The notes under the pieces: model-generated | What the model was told of the DNA's origin: nothing | What the model saw: the letters and a program-made list of their open reading frames with translations, nothing else | Database searches by the model: none | Translations under genes and position numbers: made by a program | Assembly: GCA_963664195.1 (NCBI GenBank) | Contig: OY760907.1 | Coordinates: forward strand, 2,240,001-2,304,000 | Length of the DNA: 64,000 nucleotides | Reading direction: 5' to 3' | Source of the DNA: an uncultured candidate division Zixibacteria bacterium | Lineage (GTDB): Bacteria > Zixibacteria > MSB-5A5 > GN15 > FEB-12 | Shown here: positions 35,137-46,445 of the stretch, in pieces | How the letters are laid out: each line of letters starts with the position of its first letter | Numbering within the stretch: the stretch's first letter is position 1

Positions 35137-38102
35137 TGTTAGAGGCAGGACAGAACTTCGCTCATTTCAAGATCGAACGGAAACTTGGCGAGGGCGGCAT
35201 GGGGGCGGTCTATCTGGCCGAGGATCAGAAACTGCGACGGAAAGTAGCGATCAAGACCCTCACCGGCGATATGTTTGACAATGCTGAACGCCTCGAGAGA
35301 TTCTACCGTGAGGCCAAAACGGCGGCCCAGGTGTCCAACGCTTACGTGACCGCGATATACGACATCGGCAAAGCTCCCGACGCAGAGACCGGGGAAGAGA
35401 CCGACTATATTGTGATGGAGTACGTCAAGGGGCGTTCGCTCGCCGACTATATCAAGGACGAGAAGCCCGAGTTGCAGCGCCTTGTCACGCTTGCGGAGAA
35501 GATCGCAACCGGCGTGGCGGCGGCGCACAAACTGAATATTGTGCACCGGGACATCAAGCCGGACAACATCCTGATCGACGAAAATCATGATCCGAAAATC
35601 CTCGATTTTGGTCTTGCCAAACCGCTCGATCCAATCCTGTTTTCCAAAGCTGCCGACAGCACCGAATCGATTTCACAGGATCTGACGCGTGCCGGGAAGA
35701 TCATGGGGACCGTATCGTATATGTCGCCGGAGCAGGTCAAGGGCGAGAATGTTGATACACGAAGCGACATTTTCTCGTTTGGTATTTTGCTATATCGTAT
35801 GGCTACCGGCGAAATGCCGTTTGCCAGTCCGACTCAGGTTGAGACCATGGCCAAGATCCTCGAATCCTCCTTTGAACCGCCGCGAGGGAAGAACGAGAAT
35901 ATCCCGCCGGAACTTGAACGCGTTATTACCAAGTGCCTGCAGAAGGATCGCGAGGACCGCTACCAGAGCAGCCGCGACCTCGTTCTCGATCTGCGCAACC
36001 TCCGACGGCAGTACGACAGCGGCGTCAGCGACACGATATCCGGGATCACGCAGTCGATACCGGCCAGGAAGAAGAGCTTCACACTGCAACTCAGGGGCGG
36101 AGCGGTGGCTGTAGTGATTCTGGCAATTGTTGCTATCTGGTACTTCGGTAGCCAATCGGACGGGTCGGGAGGGCAGGGCGGACTTCAGGCTCAGACCAAC
36201 GCTCTGGCCATTCTCGGGTTTGAAAACAAAACCGGCGAAAACGACCTCGACTGGCTCGAAACCGGCCTTCCTGAGATTCTGCTAACAGACCTCTCGCAGG
36301 CTAGCGAACTTCAGATCATCAGCCAACAGCGCATTTTGGATTGTTTCGAAGTCGACAAGAAAAACTCGCATACGCACGAAGAGTGTATCGATGCTGCTAA
36401 AACGCTCGGGGCTACCCGGCTGTTGTCCGGGGCGTACTTCAAGCTGGGTGACCAGATTCGCATCGACGCCCGATTGGAGGACGTCAACACCGGCACGATC
36501 ATTTTGGGTGAGAAGGTCGTCGGCGACGATCCGTTCGTGCTAGTCGATTCGCTTACGAAGAAGATCGCGACATCGTTGAATCTCCAGGGAGACATGCAGG
36601 GAGTCTCTGTTTTTGCCTCCGCCTCGCCGGAAGCATACAAGAGGTACCATCTCGGCATGGAGAAATTCTGGGCGGGAGAACACGATGCTGCCGTGGCGTT
36701 GTTCAACCAGGCGTTGGCAATAGACTCTTCCTTTGCCCTGGCATACATGCGAATCGGCATGAGCAACGTTTTCAACGGCAAACAGACCGAGGGTGCGAAG
36801 TACTTCAAGCTGGCTCAGCAGTATCAGGACGGTCTACCCGTGAGGGATCGCTCTCTGCTCGATGCCTATGTTGATACCTGGGTGAATCAGAATTTCGATC
36901 ACGCCTTCACCAAGATCGAAGTCTTACTTGGCAACTACTCCAACGATGCCGAGATTCGCACCATATATGCCTTGTTCATCGATGCGTTCAAGCGTGACAC
37001 GGTGGCGTCCTTCGCCCAGATGGATACGGTACTGGCGACTTACCCCACTTTTCCGTTTACACTGTCAACTTACGCCCAGATTCTGGCCACGCATAACAAC
37101 TATGAACGGGCGATTGAAGTGACCCGGAAACTGGTGGAGGTTACCCCCGACGCGGTGGCCTCAAAACGCCAACTGGCCGGATACTATCTGGCAAGCGATC
37201 GCGAAGACGAAGCAATGGAGATGTACCGTGAGCTGCACCGTGCACACCCGGAAAACGCCGAGGTAATAGAGAATCTCATTCGCTTTCATCTTTCGCATCA
37301 CGAACCTGCGATGGCCCGTGTGTATGTCGAGAAACTGAAGGCGACGGCCCCAGACGATCCCTACAACCTCTATGACTACTACACGTATCTGACTCAGGTT
37401 GCGTACTGGGAAGGCAAGTTCCTTCCGCCGCTGGAATACGGGCAGAGACGTATCGAACTGGCTGAGGCCACCGGCGACGCCAACCTGTTGTTTAATGCCT
37501 ACAACAATATGGCGTCGGTGCATCTGCGGTTGGGGCACCCGGATTCCGTTCTTCACTATGGCGAGATTGGTGACCGGAAAGGCTCGGCAAATCAGAAGCT
37601 GGCCTACCCGGTGTTGGCGGTGTCAATCGATGCCGGAATGCAGGACAAGGTGAGACCGATGTTCAAGCAGGCAATCGATGATTTCAAGTCCCGGGTGCCG
37701 AAGGATTTCTGGTCGATGGTGGATGCCCTTGACGGGATGTTTGAGGGCTTCGCAACGGCGGATACTACTGCAATCCTGACCGCCTATGAGGATTTGCTGG
37801 CGCAGGCGAACGCCAACTCCAGCGAGGACAGGTTTCGTTGCGGAGAGTTGATGGTGCGGTTTGGCTGGTATGACAAGGCGGCAGTGTTGTTTGAGGACCT
37901 CGTCTCTGGCGAGAATGAAACCTCCAACGGCTGGAGACACATTCTATCGATCTACTGGCTCGGTGTTATTGCCGACGAAACTGGCGACAAAGCAGAAGCA
38001 ATCGGACGCTTCGAAAATGTCCTGGCACTGTGGCCAAAGGTTGACGTCGAGGTCAAGGAGATGCAAGACCTTCGCGAGCGTCTCGCACGTTTGCAGAGCT
38101 AG
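35136..38102 (+). CDS. Membrane Ser/Thr protein kinase with extracytoplasmic TolB-like/TPR region
   Basis: 'LGEGGMG.VY', 'VAIK', 'HRDIKPDN', 'DFGLAK', 'GT..YMSPEQ', then a TM helix and TPR-like repeats. TAATG coupling to the phosphatase gene. Confidence 0.93.
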   Translation: MLEAGQNFAHFKIERKLGEGGMGAVYLAEDQKLRRKVAIKTLTGDMFDNAERLERFYREAKTAAQVSNAYVTAIYDIGKAPDAETGEETDYIVMEYVKGRSLADYIKDEKPELQRLVTLAEKIATGVAAAHKLNIVHRDIKPDNILIDENHDPKILDFGLAKPLDPILFSKAADSTESISQDLTRAGKIMGTVSYMSPEQVKGENVDTRSDIFSFGILLYRMATGEMPFASPTQVETMAKILESSFEPPRGKNENIPPELERVITKCLQKDREDRYQSSRDLVLDLRNLRRQYDSGVSDTISGITQSIPARKKSFTLQLRGGAVAVVILAIVAIWYFGSQSDGSGGQGGLQAQTNALAILGFENKTGENDLDWLETGLPEILLTDLSQASELQIISQQRILDCFEVDKKNSHTHEECIDAAKTLGATRLLSGAYFKLGDQIRIDARLEDVNTGTIILGEKVVGDDPFVLVDSLTKKIATSLNLQGDMQGVSVFASASPEAYKRYHLGMEKFWAGEHDAAVALFNQALAIDSSFALAYMRIGMSNVFNGKQTEGAKYFKLAQQYQDGLPVRDRSLLDAYVDTWVNQNFDHAFTKIEVLLGNYSNDAEIRTIYALFIDAFKRDTVASFAQMDTVLATYPTFPFTLSTYAQILATHNNYERAIEVTRKLVEVTPDAVASKRQLAGYYLASDREDEAMEMYRELHRAHPENAEVIENLIRFHLSHHEPAMARVYVEKLKATAPDDPYNLYDYYTYLTQVAYWEGKFLPPLEYGQRRIELAEATGDANLLFNAYNNMASVHLRLGHPDSVLHYGEIGDRKGSANQKLAYPVLAVSIDAGMQDKVRPMFKQAIDDFKSRVPKDFWSMVDALDGMFEGFATADTTAILTAYEDLLAQANANSSEDRFRCGELMVRFGWYDKAAVLFEDLVSGENETSNGWRHILSIYWLGVIADETGDKAEAIGRFENVLALWPKVDVEVKEMQDLRERLARLQS

Positions 38103-38113
38103 CAAAACGCGAT

Positions 38114-38155
38114 CATAAACACAAAACCCGCCTTTCGGCGGGTTTTGTGTTTATG
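38114..38155. terminator. Bidirectional intrinsic terminator
   Basis: Perfect 19-bp inverted repeat cataaacacaaaacccgcc/ggcgggttttgtgtttatg between convergent genes. Confidence 0.85.
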
Positions 38156-38174
38156 CTCTACTCGGTGATACTTC

Positions 38175-39212
38175 CTATTCGATTGCATCCCACGGGCTGG
38201 TCAACGGGGCCAGCGCCTGGTCGTCGTAATCCAGCCACAAATCCTCAGCCACAAACTCGTGATATGCCGTGATCAGGCCGGTGCCTTCGCTGAAGTCTGG
38301 CCCGAACACTTGCTCGCTTGAAAGCTCGTCAACATACTCCGCCGAGTCGGCCGGCTTGTACTCCCGATACTCAAGGGCGAATTCAACATTCCTATCGCCG
38401 CCGCCGAGGATACAGCCGAGCATTGATTGCGGCACCTGTTCGCTGGAATCTGCGTACCAGTTCATGCGGTATGAGAATTGTGAGTCATCGACGGAACTGA
38501 TCGAGTACGTCCAGCGGGCGCTGGTATCGTCGCCGTAGTCTTTGTAGGTCATTCCCTTCATGGCGACTGAAGAGTCAGCGAGGACAAAACGGGCATAGTA
38601 CATGCTCGTAGTCGTGACGGTCCCGGATTCCTCGTGGCGACTGAAAACGGCCACCGTCTGCTCGGTGTCGTTGAGCGTGAAGGCTATGTCTTCGACACAG
38701 GTACGTCCGGCCAGGTCGACCCAATTCAGTCTCACGAGTTTCTCAACGGTCAAAGACGCGCCAAACAGGGCGTCCATATTGGCATCGACCGGAATGGCGG
38801 TTGGTTCACTGAGATTGAAGACCTGAAGATAATCACCAACTGCGCCGCCCGCGCTGCTGTCGACAGCGATGTCGCCGTCGTCATTGATTAGCAAGTACGA
38901 TTCAAGCTCGGTTAGCAAACTCTGGAATGTATCGAGATTGCTGTAGAGGGACATCGGCTCATTGGTCGAGAACACTTTTGGAAGGTACGTGGCGGTCCAC
39001 ATAGGGTCGACCGTGGCCGGGGCCGTCACCGGGGCCGTGTATTCGGGCGGGGCGATCTTGCGGACATGATAGTCATAGTCTGCCAGTTCCAGCGGTTGCC
39101 AGGTGCCGGAATTGTCAGGGGCGGTGGCGGTGTCGTCGTTCCCGCAGCCAAAAGCAATCGCAGCTACCACGACAGCGAGAACCATCAGAGTGAACGTTTT
39201 CTTTGCGGGCAT
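38175..39212 (-). CDS. Hypothetical lipoprotein
   Basis: 'MPAKKTFTLMVLAVVVAAIAFGC' lipobox and GGAGG RBS; acidic, beta-rich body. Confidence 0.7.
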   Translation of the reverse strand: MPAKKTFTLMVLAVVVAAIAFGCGNDDTATAPDNSGTWQPLELADYDYHVRKIAPPEYTAPVTAPATVDPMWTATYLPKVFSTNEPMSLYSNLDTFQSLLTELESYLLINDDGDIAVDSSAGGAVGDYLQVFNLSEPTAIPVDANMDALFGASLTVEKLVRLNWVDLAGRTCVEDIAFTLNDTEQTVAVFSRHEESGTVTTTSMYYARFVLADSSVAMKGMTYKDYGDDTSARWTYSISSVDDSQFSYRMNWYADSSEQVPQSMLGCILGGGDRNVEFALEYREYKPADSAEYVDELSSEQVFGPDFSEGTGLITAYHEFVAEDLWLDYDDQALAPLTSPWDAIE

Positions 39213-39379
39213 CGATCCTCCCGGTGGGACTTGGTGGTGAACAGCTACATATCTTTTGTTATCGGGCGACTGCTTCCAACGCTTAATATGCTCCGTAAGT
39301 ACATGTCGGATAAGAGAGTACTCCCAGGCTTGGCGCTCCCTTATGCCCGGTTTACGATATGCAACTCCACAATTTGCTC

Positions 39380-39407
39380 TTGACAATAGTCGATATTGTA
39401 GTATCTT
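39380..39407 (+). promoter_or_regulatory. Putative sigma70 promoter
   Basis: TTGACA-N16-TATCTT upstream of the GGGGAGG RBS and ATG 39451. Confidence 0.55.
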
Positions 39408-39450
39408 ATAACACTGTGTACTTCAACAAACTTCGGGGAGGTCCCTCAAG

Positions 39451-42400
39451 ATGAGTCGTTTTCAATCTCATATTGTTTGTTATACCCTGTTTGCCTGCGC
39501 TATGGTGCTGGCGTCCGCCTCAACGGTCTTTGGCGAAGTGAAAGGTATCGAGGATATCATTTTCACCGGCTGTCCGCCGTATGTCGAGGGCAACCATTGT
39601 GATTCCATGTTCTACCAGGTAGTGGCAGTGGATTACGAGACGGGGGAGAAAAACCCTCCCGGCGTGGAATATTTCATCGTCGAGGGACCGGGGACGATCA
39701 ACGAGGAGACCGGCCTGTGGATATTCCATCCCGAGCTGGAAGACCCGTGGCAATGGTCCTACATGCTGGAGATCGGCGCGACGGTTAACGGTGATTCCAC
39801 CAGCGGAGAGGATAATTGTCGGTTTGAAGTGCGGGTGACGGATGGGTATGCCGAATTCGAGACCCTGTGCAATGCTCACTTCAACGTGCTTCCGTTTGAC
39901 AGTGCAATGGTGAACCTGAATCCGATCGATCCTGATTACTGTGATGAGGTAGAGGTCGAATTCGCTACAACTCCGGAGCCGAACGGGCTTGTTTCCTATG
40001 ATCCTTCGACGGGGACACTGAAATTCATCCCAACCTATGATGACGCCGGACAGACATTCCGGGTCGACTTGCACGCCAAAAACAGTCCGTATTGGATGGG
40101 TTGTTCGCTCTATTTCGACGTGTTTGTGTCCGAGCCAATCAAAGTCAACCTTTCGACTGTGCGCGACGCTACTCCGGGCGACACAGTGAGTATCGACGTT
40201 GTCCTTGAGGAGTGTGCAGCGGGAATCGGAGAAATTGACCTCCTACTGACCTACGATGATCAGCGGCTGGATTTGATCGCGATTGACAGCGGTGCAGAGT
40301 TTTTCTCTCCGGACCCAGGATGTGGCTGGGCGGCCTTTGTTGGTAGGGTAGCATTATACGAAGGCGTTCCGGTTGTCAGGATGGCGGCCAGGGCGCGACG
40401 ACACTCAGAACCGATCTGCTTCACCCCTCCCGAACTGCCGGCCGTGCTGGCAAGACTGCAATTCGTGGTCACGGACAGCTCGATAACGAGTGAGGTTTTC
40501 GCTCCGGTCCGCTTCTACTGGCATGACTGCGAGAGCAATATGATCTCATGGGGAGCTGACCCCGATTCCGTCTATCATCCGGCGGCTGTCTTTGATCACA
40601 ACGATCAGTTCATCCGTCCGGATACCGTACCCGGTTTCTCCGGTGCCACACCGGAGTGTTACCCATCGACAGACAAATACTACGAACGTTTCCGGCAGGT
40701 CGAGTACTACAACGGCGGCGTACACATTCTCCCGCCTCCTCCTCCACCGGTGTTTTCGCCGTACGTCGTGCGGATCGGCACCGTCCTTGACCAGTTGCAG
40801 AACCACTTTGCCAACGTGGATGTTACGCTTGAAGGTGTGGACAGTCTGCAGGGCATAGGCGGTTTCGATTTGCTGGTGGCTTATGATGCGACCGCAATGG
40901 CGTTCCAGGCAGCGTTTGAAGGCAGCATCTACACCGAGTGCGGCTGGGAGTATTTTACGTTCCGTCAGGGACCGTTCGGCAACTGCGGCAACGACTGCCC
41001 GACCGGCATGGTGCGGATTATCGGTGTCGCGGAGCAAAACGACGGCCCCAATCACCCGTCTTGCGATGTCGACACGCTACCGACGACGCTGACTTCCCTG
41101 CGACTCCTCGTATCCAATGATCGGATTTTCGACTGTCAGTGGCTGCCGATTGATTTCTATTGGATTGATTGCGGTGATAACACGTTCAGCAATGTCGACG
41201 GCACCGAGTTGTATGTTTCCGAAAACGTTTATCAACCGGACTCTGCTACGTTTGAGATGATTCGCATATCGGACGGTTGTGTTGGATTTCCGGGGATCTT
41301 TGGTGCACAGGATTTTTGTCTCGAAGACCCAATGCCCGGCAGACCAATGGCTGAACGCAAGATCGATTTCATCAACGGCGGCGTGAGTGTTATCTGCAGC
41401 GAGCCGATTGACGATCCCGGAGACATCAACTTGAATGGTCTCGCGTTTGAGATTGCTGATCTGATGATGTTCAAACAGTACTTTGTGCAAGGACTAGCGG
41501 CTTTCGGAGATTACCCTGATGCTGCTATTGCAGCCACGGACATCAATTACGATGGTCTTCCGCTAACAGTCGCGGATTTCGTCCGCATGATCAGAATAGT
41601 GACCGGCGAGGTCATTCCCTACCCGCCGTATCCGGATGTTAGCCCCAGTCCGAATATCGCAGAGTTCTGGGTCGAGGAGGACGCCGGATACGTCATGGTC
41701 GACACCAAGGACTCACTCGGTGCCGTTCATCTTGTGTTCGACGGTGACATAACGCCTTCCGTCTGGAATCCAAACGGTTTCGAAGTGATTTCAGGACGCT
41801 GGGGCGACCCGGAGCAGATGCACGTGCTGGTGTATTCGACGGATGTCGGCAGAGTTATCACCGGCGGTCAGATTTTCCGGTTCACCGGCGGGGGCACGCT
41901 TGTTTCGGCCGAGACCGCGACATACTACGGACGTCCCGTCATAAGCGAGATTGTTGAGCAGGCGAAGTACGTTGTGGAGATTCAGAAGACACATGACGCC
42001 ATTCAGGGACAATTCGAAGATGTCTCGATACTGTTGACGCGAATCGATACCGCAGCGACCCTCGGCGGCTTCGATCTGCTTGTCGGCTTCGACAATGCTG
42101 CTCTGGCGTTTCAGTCAGCTTCGGAAGGAAGCTTGTTCGCCGATTACGAATGGGAGTATTTCAACTACCGTCAGGGACCGTCCGGTGACTGCGGTGAGGA
42201 TTGTCCCACCGGAAAGGTCCGCCTCGTTGGATTGGCCGACGTGAACGACGGGATAGATTTCGGGGGAGGTGACATAGATTCCCTGCCCGTATCGCTGGCC
42301 TCTATGAATTTCCTCGTATCCAACGATCGCATATACGAGTGCATGTATCTTCCGGTGAGATTCTACTGGCTCGATTGCGGCGACAACGTGCTGACTGAGG

Positions 42401-43461
42401 CCGCAGGGGACGAACTGCATATGTCCTCGCACGTGTACGACTTCGGTCTGTACTGGAACTCGAATCCTATCAATGATGGCACTTCCGGTTTCCCGACCTA
42501 TTCCGGAGCACAGGACTCGTGCCTCGATGCCAGCACGGCACAACGTAGTGTCGATTTCATCAACGGCGGTGTGGACATCATCTGCGGCGGCGATCCAGAC
42601 GTCCGCGGTGATCTCAACCTGAACGGTCTGGCCTACGAAATCGATGATGCGGTCATGTATGCGGATTACTTTGCCCGTGGTCTGGACGCGTTCGAGTACG
42701 TAGAGGGATCAATCGCTGCCTCCGACGTGAATGCCGACGGCATCCCGCTGACGATTGAAGACTTCGTATATCTCCTCCGAATCATTGCCGGCGATCCTCC
42801 GCCGTATCCGCAGTTCCAGCCGAGTGAGAACCCTGCTGTATTCACTTTCGATGCCTTTGCAAAGACTGTATCGATCAATACGGTTGACCCGCTTGGAGCA
42901 GTGCACTTCGTGTTCGACGGTCCTGTTGGCACTGTGACGGTTCCCGAAGGTATGATCGCACGAGTGGACACCCGGGAAGATACTCTCCAATGCCATGTTC
43001 TTGTGTGGCCGGATATCACGGGAAGCATAATAGGCAAGCATCTGGCAACCGGCGATGTTGTGAGCATTACGGGTGAGGGGCAGTTGACTACTGTCGAGAC
43101 GTGTACATATGACAGCCAGCCTGTCAACTCCGTCATCGATAACGTGATGGATGTCGACGACGAGACCGACGATGCTCTGCCGAACACGTTTGCGCTGTCG
43201 CAGAACTATCCCAACCCGTTCAATCCTGAAACGCGGATTTCGTACGCGTTGCCGACCGCGGCGTCGGTCGAGATCACCGTGTACAACGTCGCCGGACAGA
43301 AAGTCCGCACGCTGGTCGACGGGCACCGCCCGGCCGGTTACCACGAAACCGTCTGGGATGGTCGCAACGCATCCGGGAATACGGTTTCGAGCGGGATATA
43401 TTTCTATCGCATCATCGCGGGCGAGTTCACGCAATCACGGAAGATGATGCTGTTGAAATAA
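39451..43461 (+). CDS. Large secreted protein with repeated cohesin-like/dockerin-like modules and C-terminal FlgD-Ig (T9SS-type-A-like) domain
   Basis: Signal peptide. Repeats 'GGFDLL..D..A..F..A.EG....WEYF..R.GP.G.CG..CPTG' and 'GD.NLNGLA.EI.D...A.D.N.DG.PLT..DFV'. C-terminus '[31 protein letters not shown]'. Confidence 0.85.
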   Translation: MSRFQSHIVCYTLFACAMVLASASTVFGEVKGIEDIIFTGCPPYVEGNHCDSMFYQVVAVDYETGEKNPPGVEYFIVEGPGTINEETGLWIFHPELEDPWQWSYMLEIGATVNGDSTSGEDNCRFEVRVTDGYAEFETLCNAHFNVLPFDSAMVNLNPIDPDYCDEVEVEFATTPEPNGLVSYDPSTGTLKFIPTYDDAGQTFRVDLHAKNSPYWMGCSLYFDVFVSEPIKVNLSTVRDATPGDTVSIDVVLEECAAGIGEIDLLLTYDDQRLDLIAIDSGAEFFSPDPGCGWAAFVGRVALYEGVPVVRMAARARRHSEPICFTPPELPAVLARLQFVVTDSSITSEVFAPVRFYWHDCESNMISWGADPDSVYHPAAVFDHNDQFIRPDTVPGFSGATPECYPSTDKYYERFRQVEYYNGGVHILPPPPPPVFSPYVVRIGTVLDQLQNHFANVDVTLEGVDSLQGIGGFDLLVAYDATAMAFQAAFEGSIYTECGWEYFTFRQGPFGNCGNDCPTGMVRIIGVAEQNDGPNHPSCDVDTLPTTLTSLRLLVSNDRIFDCQWLPIDFYWIDCGDNTFSNVDGTELYVSENVYQPDSATFEMIRISDGCVGFPGIFGAQDFCLEDPMPGRPMAERKIDFINGGVSVICSEPIDDPGDINLNGLAFEIADLMMFKQYFVQGLAAFGDYPDAAIAATDINYDGLPLTVADFVRMIRIVTGEVIPYPPYPDVSPSPNIAEFWVEEDAGYVMVDTKDSLGAVHLVFDGDITPSVWNPNGFEVISGRWGDPEQMHVLVYSTDVGRVITGGQIFRFTGGGTLVSAETATYYGRPVISEIVEQAKYVVEIQKTHDAIQGQFEDVSILLTRIDTAATLGGFDLLVGFDNAALAFQSASEGSLFADYEWEYFNYRQGPSGDCGEDCPTGKVRLVGLADVNDGIDFGGGDIDSLPVSLASMNFLVSNDRIYECMYLPVRFYWLDCGDNVLTEAAGDELHMSSHVYDFGLYWNSNPINDGTSGFPTYSGAQDSCLDASTAQRSVDFINGGVDIICGGDPDVRGDLNLNGLAYEIDDAVMYADYFARGLDAFEYVEGSIAASDVNADGIPLTIEDFVYLLRIIAGDPPPYPQFQPSENPAVFTFDAFAKTVSINTVDPLGAVHFVFDGPVGTVTVPEGMIARVDTREDTLQCHVLVWPDITGSIIGKHLATGDVVSITGEGQLTTVETCTYDSQPVNSVIDNVMDVDDETDDALPNTFALSQNYPNPFNPETRISYALPTAASVEITVYNVAGQKVRTLVDGHRPAGYHETVWDGRNASGNTVSSGIYFYRIIAGEFTQSRKMMLLK

Positions 43462-43484
43462 GCCATTTGCGGCAAGTAGTTTTC

Positions 43485-43576
43485 GTAGGGCAGGTCTGTC
43501 CTCAGACCTGCCGGAAAGATCGAATCCGAAGGATTCGAGGTCCTTTGTGGCGGGTTCGAAGACGGACCCGCCCTAC
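43485..43576. repeat. REP-like doublet (two inverted GTAG-type palindromes)
   Basis: GTAGGGCAGGTCTGTCCTCAGACCTGCC (43485-43512) and inverted GTAGGGCGGGTCCGTCTTCGAACCCGCC (43576-43549), with a small hairpin between them. Confidence 0.7.
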
Positions 43577-43615
43577 AGGATTTCCGTTCGGTGGTTGCTC
43601 CCTCAACATTCCCCT

Positions 43616-43643
43616 TTGACACTGAACCCACGTTCCGTATGTT
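43616..43643 (+). promoter_or_regulatory. Putative sigma70 promoter (leaderless transcript)
   Basis: TTGACA-N16-TATGTT ending 6 nt before ATG 43650; no SD. Confidence 0.55.
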
Positions 43644-43649
43644 CTCGCC

Positions 43650-44558
43650 ATGAACAACCCGACTGCCTCAAGCCGGTTCAGTCCGCTGCTCATATTGATA
43701 TTCGGCGCTGTTTGTATCAGCTATGCGCCGATATTCGTCAAGTGGGTGGGAGAGGCGCGTCTCGGTCCTACTGCGATGGGATTCTGGCGAACGCTGTTTG
43801 GAGCCGCTGCGCTGTTTCTGATCGCGGTTGTTCGTCGTGATAGTCTGAAAATGAACCTGCGGCAGTTCAGATTTGCAATCATCGCCGGGTTTATTTTCTT
43901 TCTCGATCTGTTCGTCTGGCATCGTTCGGTGATTTTTTGTGGTGCCGGCATGTCGACTATTCTCGGCAACACTCAGGTATTTGCGACCGCGCTGTTCAGC
44001 TTCATCGTATTCAAAGAGAAACTGACGGTCAGGTATTTTATCTCGGCTGTGAGCGCGATGGGCGGTGTAGTACTGCTGGTAGGCGTGCTGTCTCACGACG
44101 TGGAATTCACCAACCGTTACGTAGAAGGAGTTGTCTTTGGGCTAGCCACCGGATTGGCATACGGCAGCTATCTTCTGACGATCAAACAGGCGGGCCGCAA
44201 GGGGGAGTTGACGAATATTGTCACGTTTATGGCCTGGACATCGCTGACGTCAGCGTTTTTCCTCGGCGTTGCGGCTTTTATCGAGTCGGGGCCGGTGCTG
44301 CCGCCTGATCTGGAGTCGCTCGGGTATTTGGTGACGCTTGGGGTCGTTGCGCAGGCTCTCGGATGGTGGGCGATTACGAATGCGCTCAAGAAAATCGATG
44401 CTTCCCGCGCGGGTTTAATTCTGCTGCTTCAGCCGACCCTGGCGATGGTCTGGGGGATTGTTTATTTCAGCGAACAGTTTACTCCGGTGCAGTTTGTGGG
44501 GGCAGTCATTACAATTACGGCCATTTATTTTGGCGGGTTGAGGCACGCGGGGAAGTAG
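43650..44558 (+). CDS. DMT/EamA family transporter
   Basis: About 10 TM helices in two EamA repeats: 'FWR', 'KEKL', 'LLLQP', 'FSE'. Confidence 0.9.
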   Translation: MNNPTASSRFSPLLILIFGAVCISYAPIFVKWVGEARLGPTAMGFWRTLFGAAALFLIAVVRRDSLKMNLRQFRFAIIAGFIFFLDLFVWHRSVIFCGAGMSTILGNTQVFATALFSFIVFKEKLTVRYFISAVSAMGGVVLLVGVLSHDVEFTNRYVEGVVFGLATGLAYGSYLLTIKQAGRKGELTNIVTFMAWTSLTSAFFLGVAAFIESGPVLPPDLESLGYLVTLGVVAQALGWWAITNALKKIDASRAGLILLLQPTLAMVWGIVYFSEQFTPVQFVGAVITITAIYFGGLRHAGK

Positions 44559-44578
44559 CTGAGAGTCCTATCTTCTCA

Positions 44579-44706
44579 GGTGCCACCCTCAAGGCTTCCT
44601 TGAGGGTGATTCCCGGGGACACTGATAGTCGCACCTAAGAAGACACCCTCAAACTCCGAACGAGACCTGCAACCGTGAGCTCTTCAAGCCGTTTGAGGGT
44701 GGCACC
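44579..44706. repeat. Palindromic intergenic element with 14-bp terminal inverted repeats
   Basis: ggtgccaccctcaa (44579) / ttgagggtggcacc (44693), with internal CACCCTCAA/TTGAGGGTG hairpins. Confidence 0.6.
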
Positions 44707-44872
44707 CACGTCGAGAGAAAGGCCCCCTCTTGGGAGGGGATTCAGGGGCGTGTTTCTTTTCTTAATTCTCGACATACGGAATTCGAATAATCTCCCCGTT
44801 ACAGCGTAAGCTCTGCAACAACGTTTGACCACGTTGCTCTGTGTTCACGCAGGACACAGCTTCCTTCTCATG

Positions 44873-44902
44873 CAAAAACGGCCCCTCGCAGGGCCGTTTT
44901 TG
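44873..44902 (-). terminator. Intrinsic terminator of rocD
   Basis: caaaaacggccc/gggccgtttttg stem with A/T tails just past the rocD stop. Confidence 0.75.
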
Positions 44903-44924
44903 AATCGTCGTATGGTCAATCGAC

Positions 44925-46208
44925 TTAGCCAACCAAGACCTTCTCAAGACGCTCGACGAGGTAATCGATCTCTTCGTCGTTGATAACCAGCGGCGGGGAG
45001 ATGCGGATCGTGTGGCCATGGCTGTCGTTAGCCAGCACGCCCAGTTCCAGCAGCTTCCGGCAGTAGACCATGGCATCGCCGTTTTTGACTTCGATACCGA
45101 TAAAGAGACCCTGTCCTCGGACTTCTTTCACCTTGTCCGAGCGGCTGCAAACATCCTCAATCTTTTTCTTGAGGATCGCACCCATCCTGGCGGCGCGACC
45201 AGGGAGGTCATCGTTGACGAGCACGTCGATAGCGGCGCAGCCTGCCACACAAGCAAGCGGGAAACCACCGAATGTGGAACCGTCGCGACCGGGGTAAAAT
45301 ACCATGTCCATCAGCTTGGAGTTGGTTACGAGGACTGACAGCGGGGCCAGACCGCCGGAGATCGCCTTACCGAGGATCAGGGCATCCGGAACCACATTCA
45401 AGTGCTCGAAACAGAACATCTTGCCGGTGCGACCGAGGCCGACCTGGATTTCATCGAAAATCAACAGGATGTCTTCTTTGTCGCAGATCTCGCGGAGACC
45501 GCCAAGGAAGTTTTCCTTCGGGATGTACATGCCGCCCTCACCCTGCATCGGCTCAACCAAGATGCCGCAGGTGTTCGGAGTGATGGCGTCTTTGATAGCA
45601 TCGACATTGCCATATTCCACACATTTGAAGCCCGGAGTGAGGGGGCCGAAGCCTTCTTTGTACTTTTCGGTGGAGGAGAAGGAAATAACAGTGATCGTGC
45701 GGCCATGGAAGTTGTTGCCGCAAACGATGATTTCCTGATCGCCGTCTTTGATCTTCTTGGCCTGGTGACCATAGGAACGGGCCAGCTTAATGGCGGTTTC
45801 GACAGATTCCACGCCGCCGTTTTTCGGCAGGGTCTTGTTGCCGTTGGCGCCGAAACGGGTGCCAAGCTGCGGAACCAGCGTTGAGACCTTCTTCAGCATC
45901 AGAGCCAGGGAATCTGTGTAAACGACGTTAGAGATCACCGAACCGTACTGACCGTCGAGAGCGTCTTTGAGGGCCTTGACGATTTTCGGATTGTGGTGCC
46001 CCTGGTTGGCTGCGGAGTAGGCCGCGAGGCAGTCCAGGTACTTGTTGCCGTCTTCGGTGTACAGCCAGCAGCCCTCAGTGCGGCGAACGACCAGTTCCAG
46101 TCTGCCGTAATGATGGGCGCCGTATGTGGATTCGGTTTCAAGAATCTCTTTGTCCTGAATTGTGGAGAAGCCCAGGGTGGCTTTTTTTTCTGTTGTAATA
46201 TCAGTCAT
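44925..46208 (-). CDS. rocD: Ornithine aminotransferase-like class-III PLP aminotransferase
   Basis: 'YGAHHY', 'YLDCLAAYSAANQGH', 'NFHGRT', 'VEPMQGEGG', 'FDEIQVGLGRTG', 'LGKA', 'GSTFGG', 'IRISPPL'. Confidence 0.82.
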   Translation of the reverse strand: MTDITTEKKATLGFSTIQDKEILETESTYGAHHYGRLELVVRRTEGCWLYTEDGNKYLDCLAAYSAANQGHHNPKIVKALKDALDGQYGSVISNVVYTDSLALMLKKVSTLVPQLGTRFGANGNKTLPKNGGVESVETAIKLARSYGHQAKKIKDGDQEIIVCGNNFHGRTITVISFSSTEKYKEGFGPLTPGFKCVEYGNVDAIKDAITPNTCGILVEPMQGEGGMYIPKENFLGGLREICDKEDILLIFDEIQVGLGRTGKMFCFEHLNVVPDALILGKAISGGLAPLSVLVTNSKLMDMVFYPGRDGSTFGGFPLACVAGCAAIDVLVNDDLPGRAARMGAILKKKIEDVCSRSDKVKEVRGQGLFIGIEVKNGDAMVYCRKLLELGVLANDSHGHTIRISPPLVINDEEIDYLVERLEKVLVG

Positions 46209-46267
46209 GATGTTACCCTCGTCAAAATGTCTAGAATAGTGCCCCACATCAACGTGGGCAGCCAGAT

Positions 46268-46295
46268 ATGATAACACTTTAAATTTAAAACTCAA
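46268..46295 (-). promoter_or_regulatory. Putative sigma70 promoter of rocD
   Basis: On the minus strand, TTGAGT-N16-TATCAT. Confidence 0.5.
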
Positions 46296-46445
46296 GACCC
46301 CGCGAGGAAGCTAAGTGCGTATTTTGCAGATATTTTCGGTAATTGCTGTGCTCTGTTTGGAAACTGCACAAGGAATGTCTCGATTGGTCGCTCCGAGGAC
46401 GGTATTCTCTGGTCCATCGGCACCGATTTTCGTAGATTGGTTTCC

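Noticed and set aside
43485..44760. CRISPR array
   Set aside because: The palindromes are not regularly spaced direct repeats with unique spacers, and no cas genes are present.
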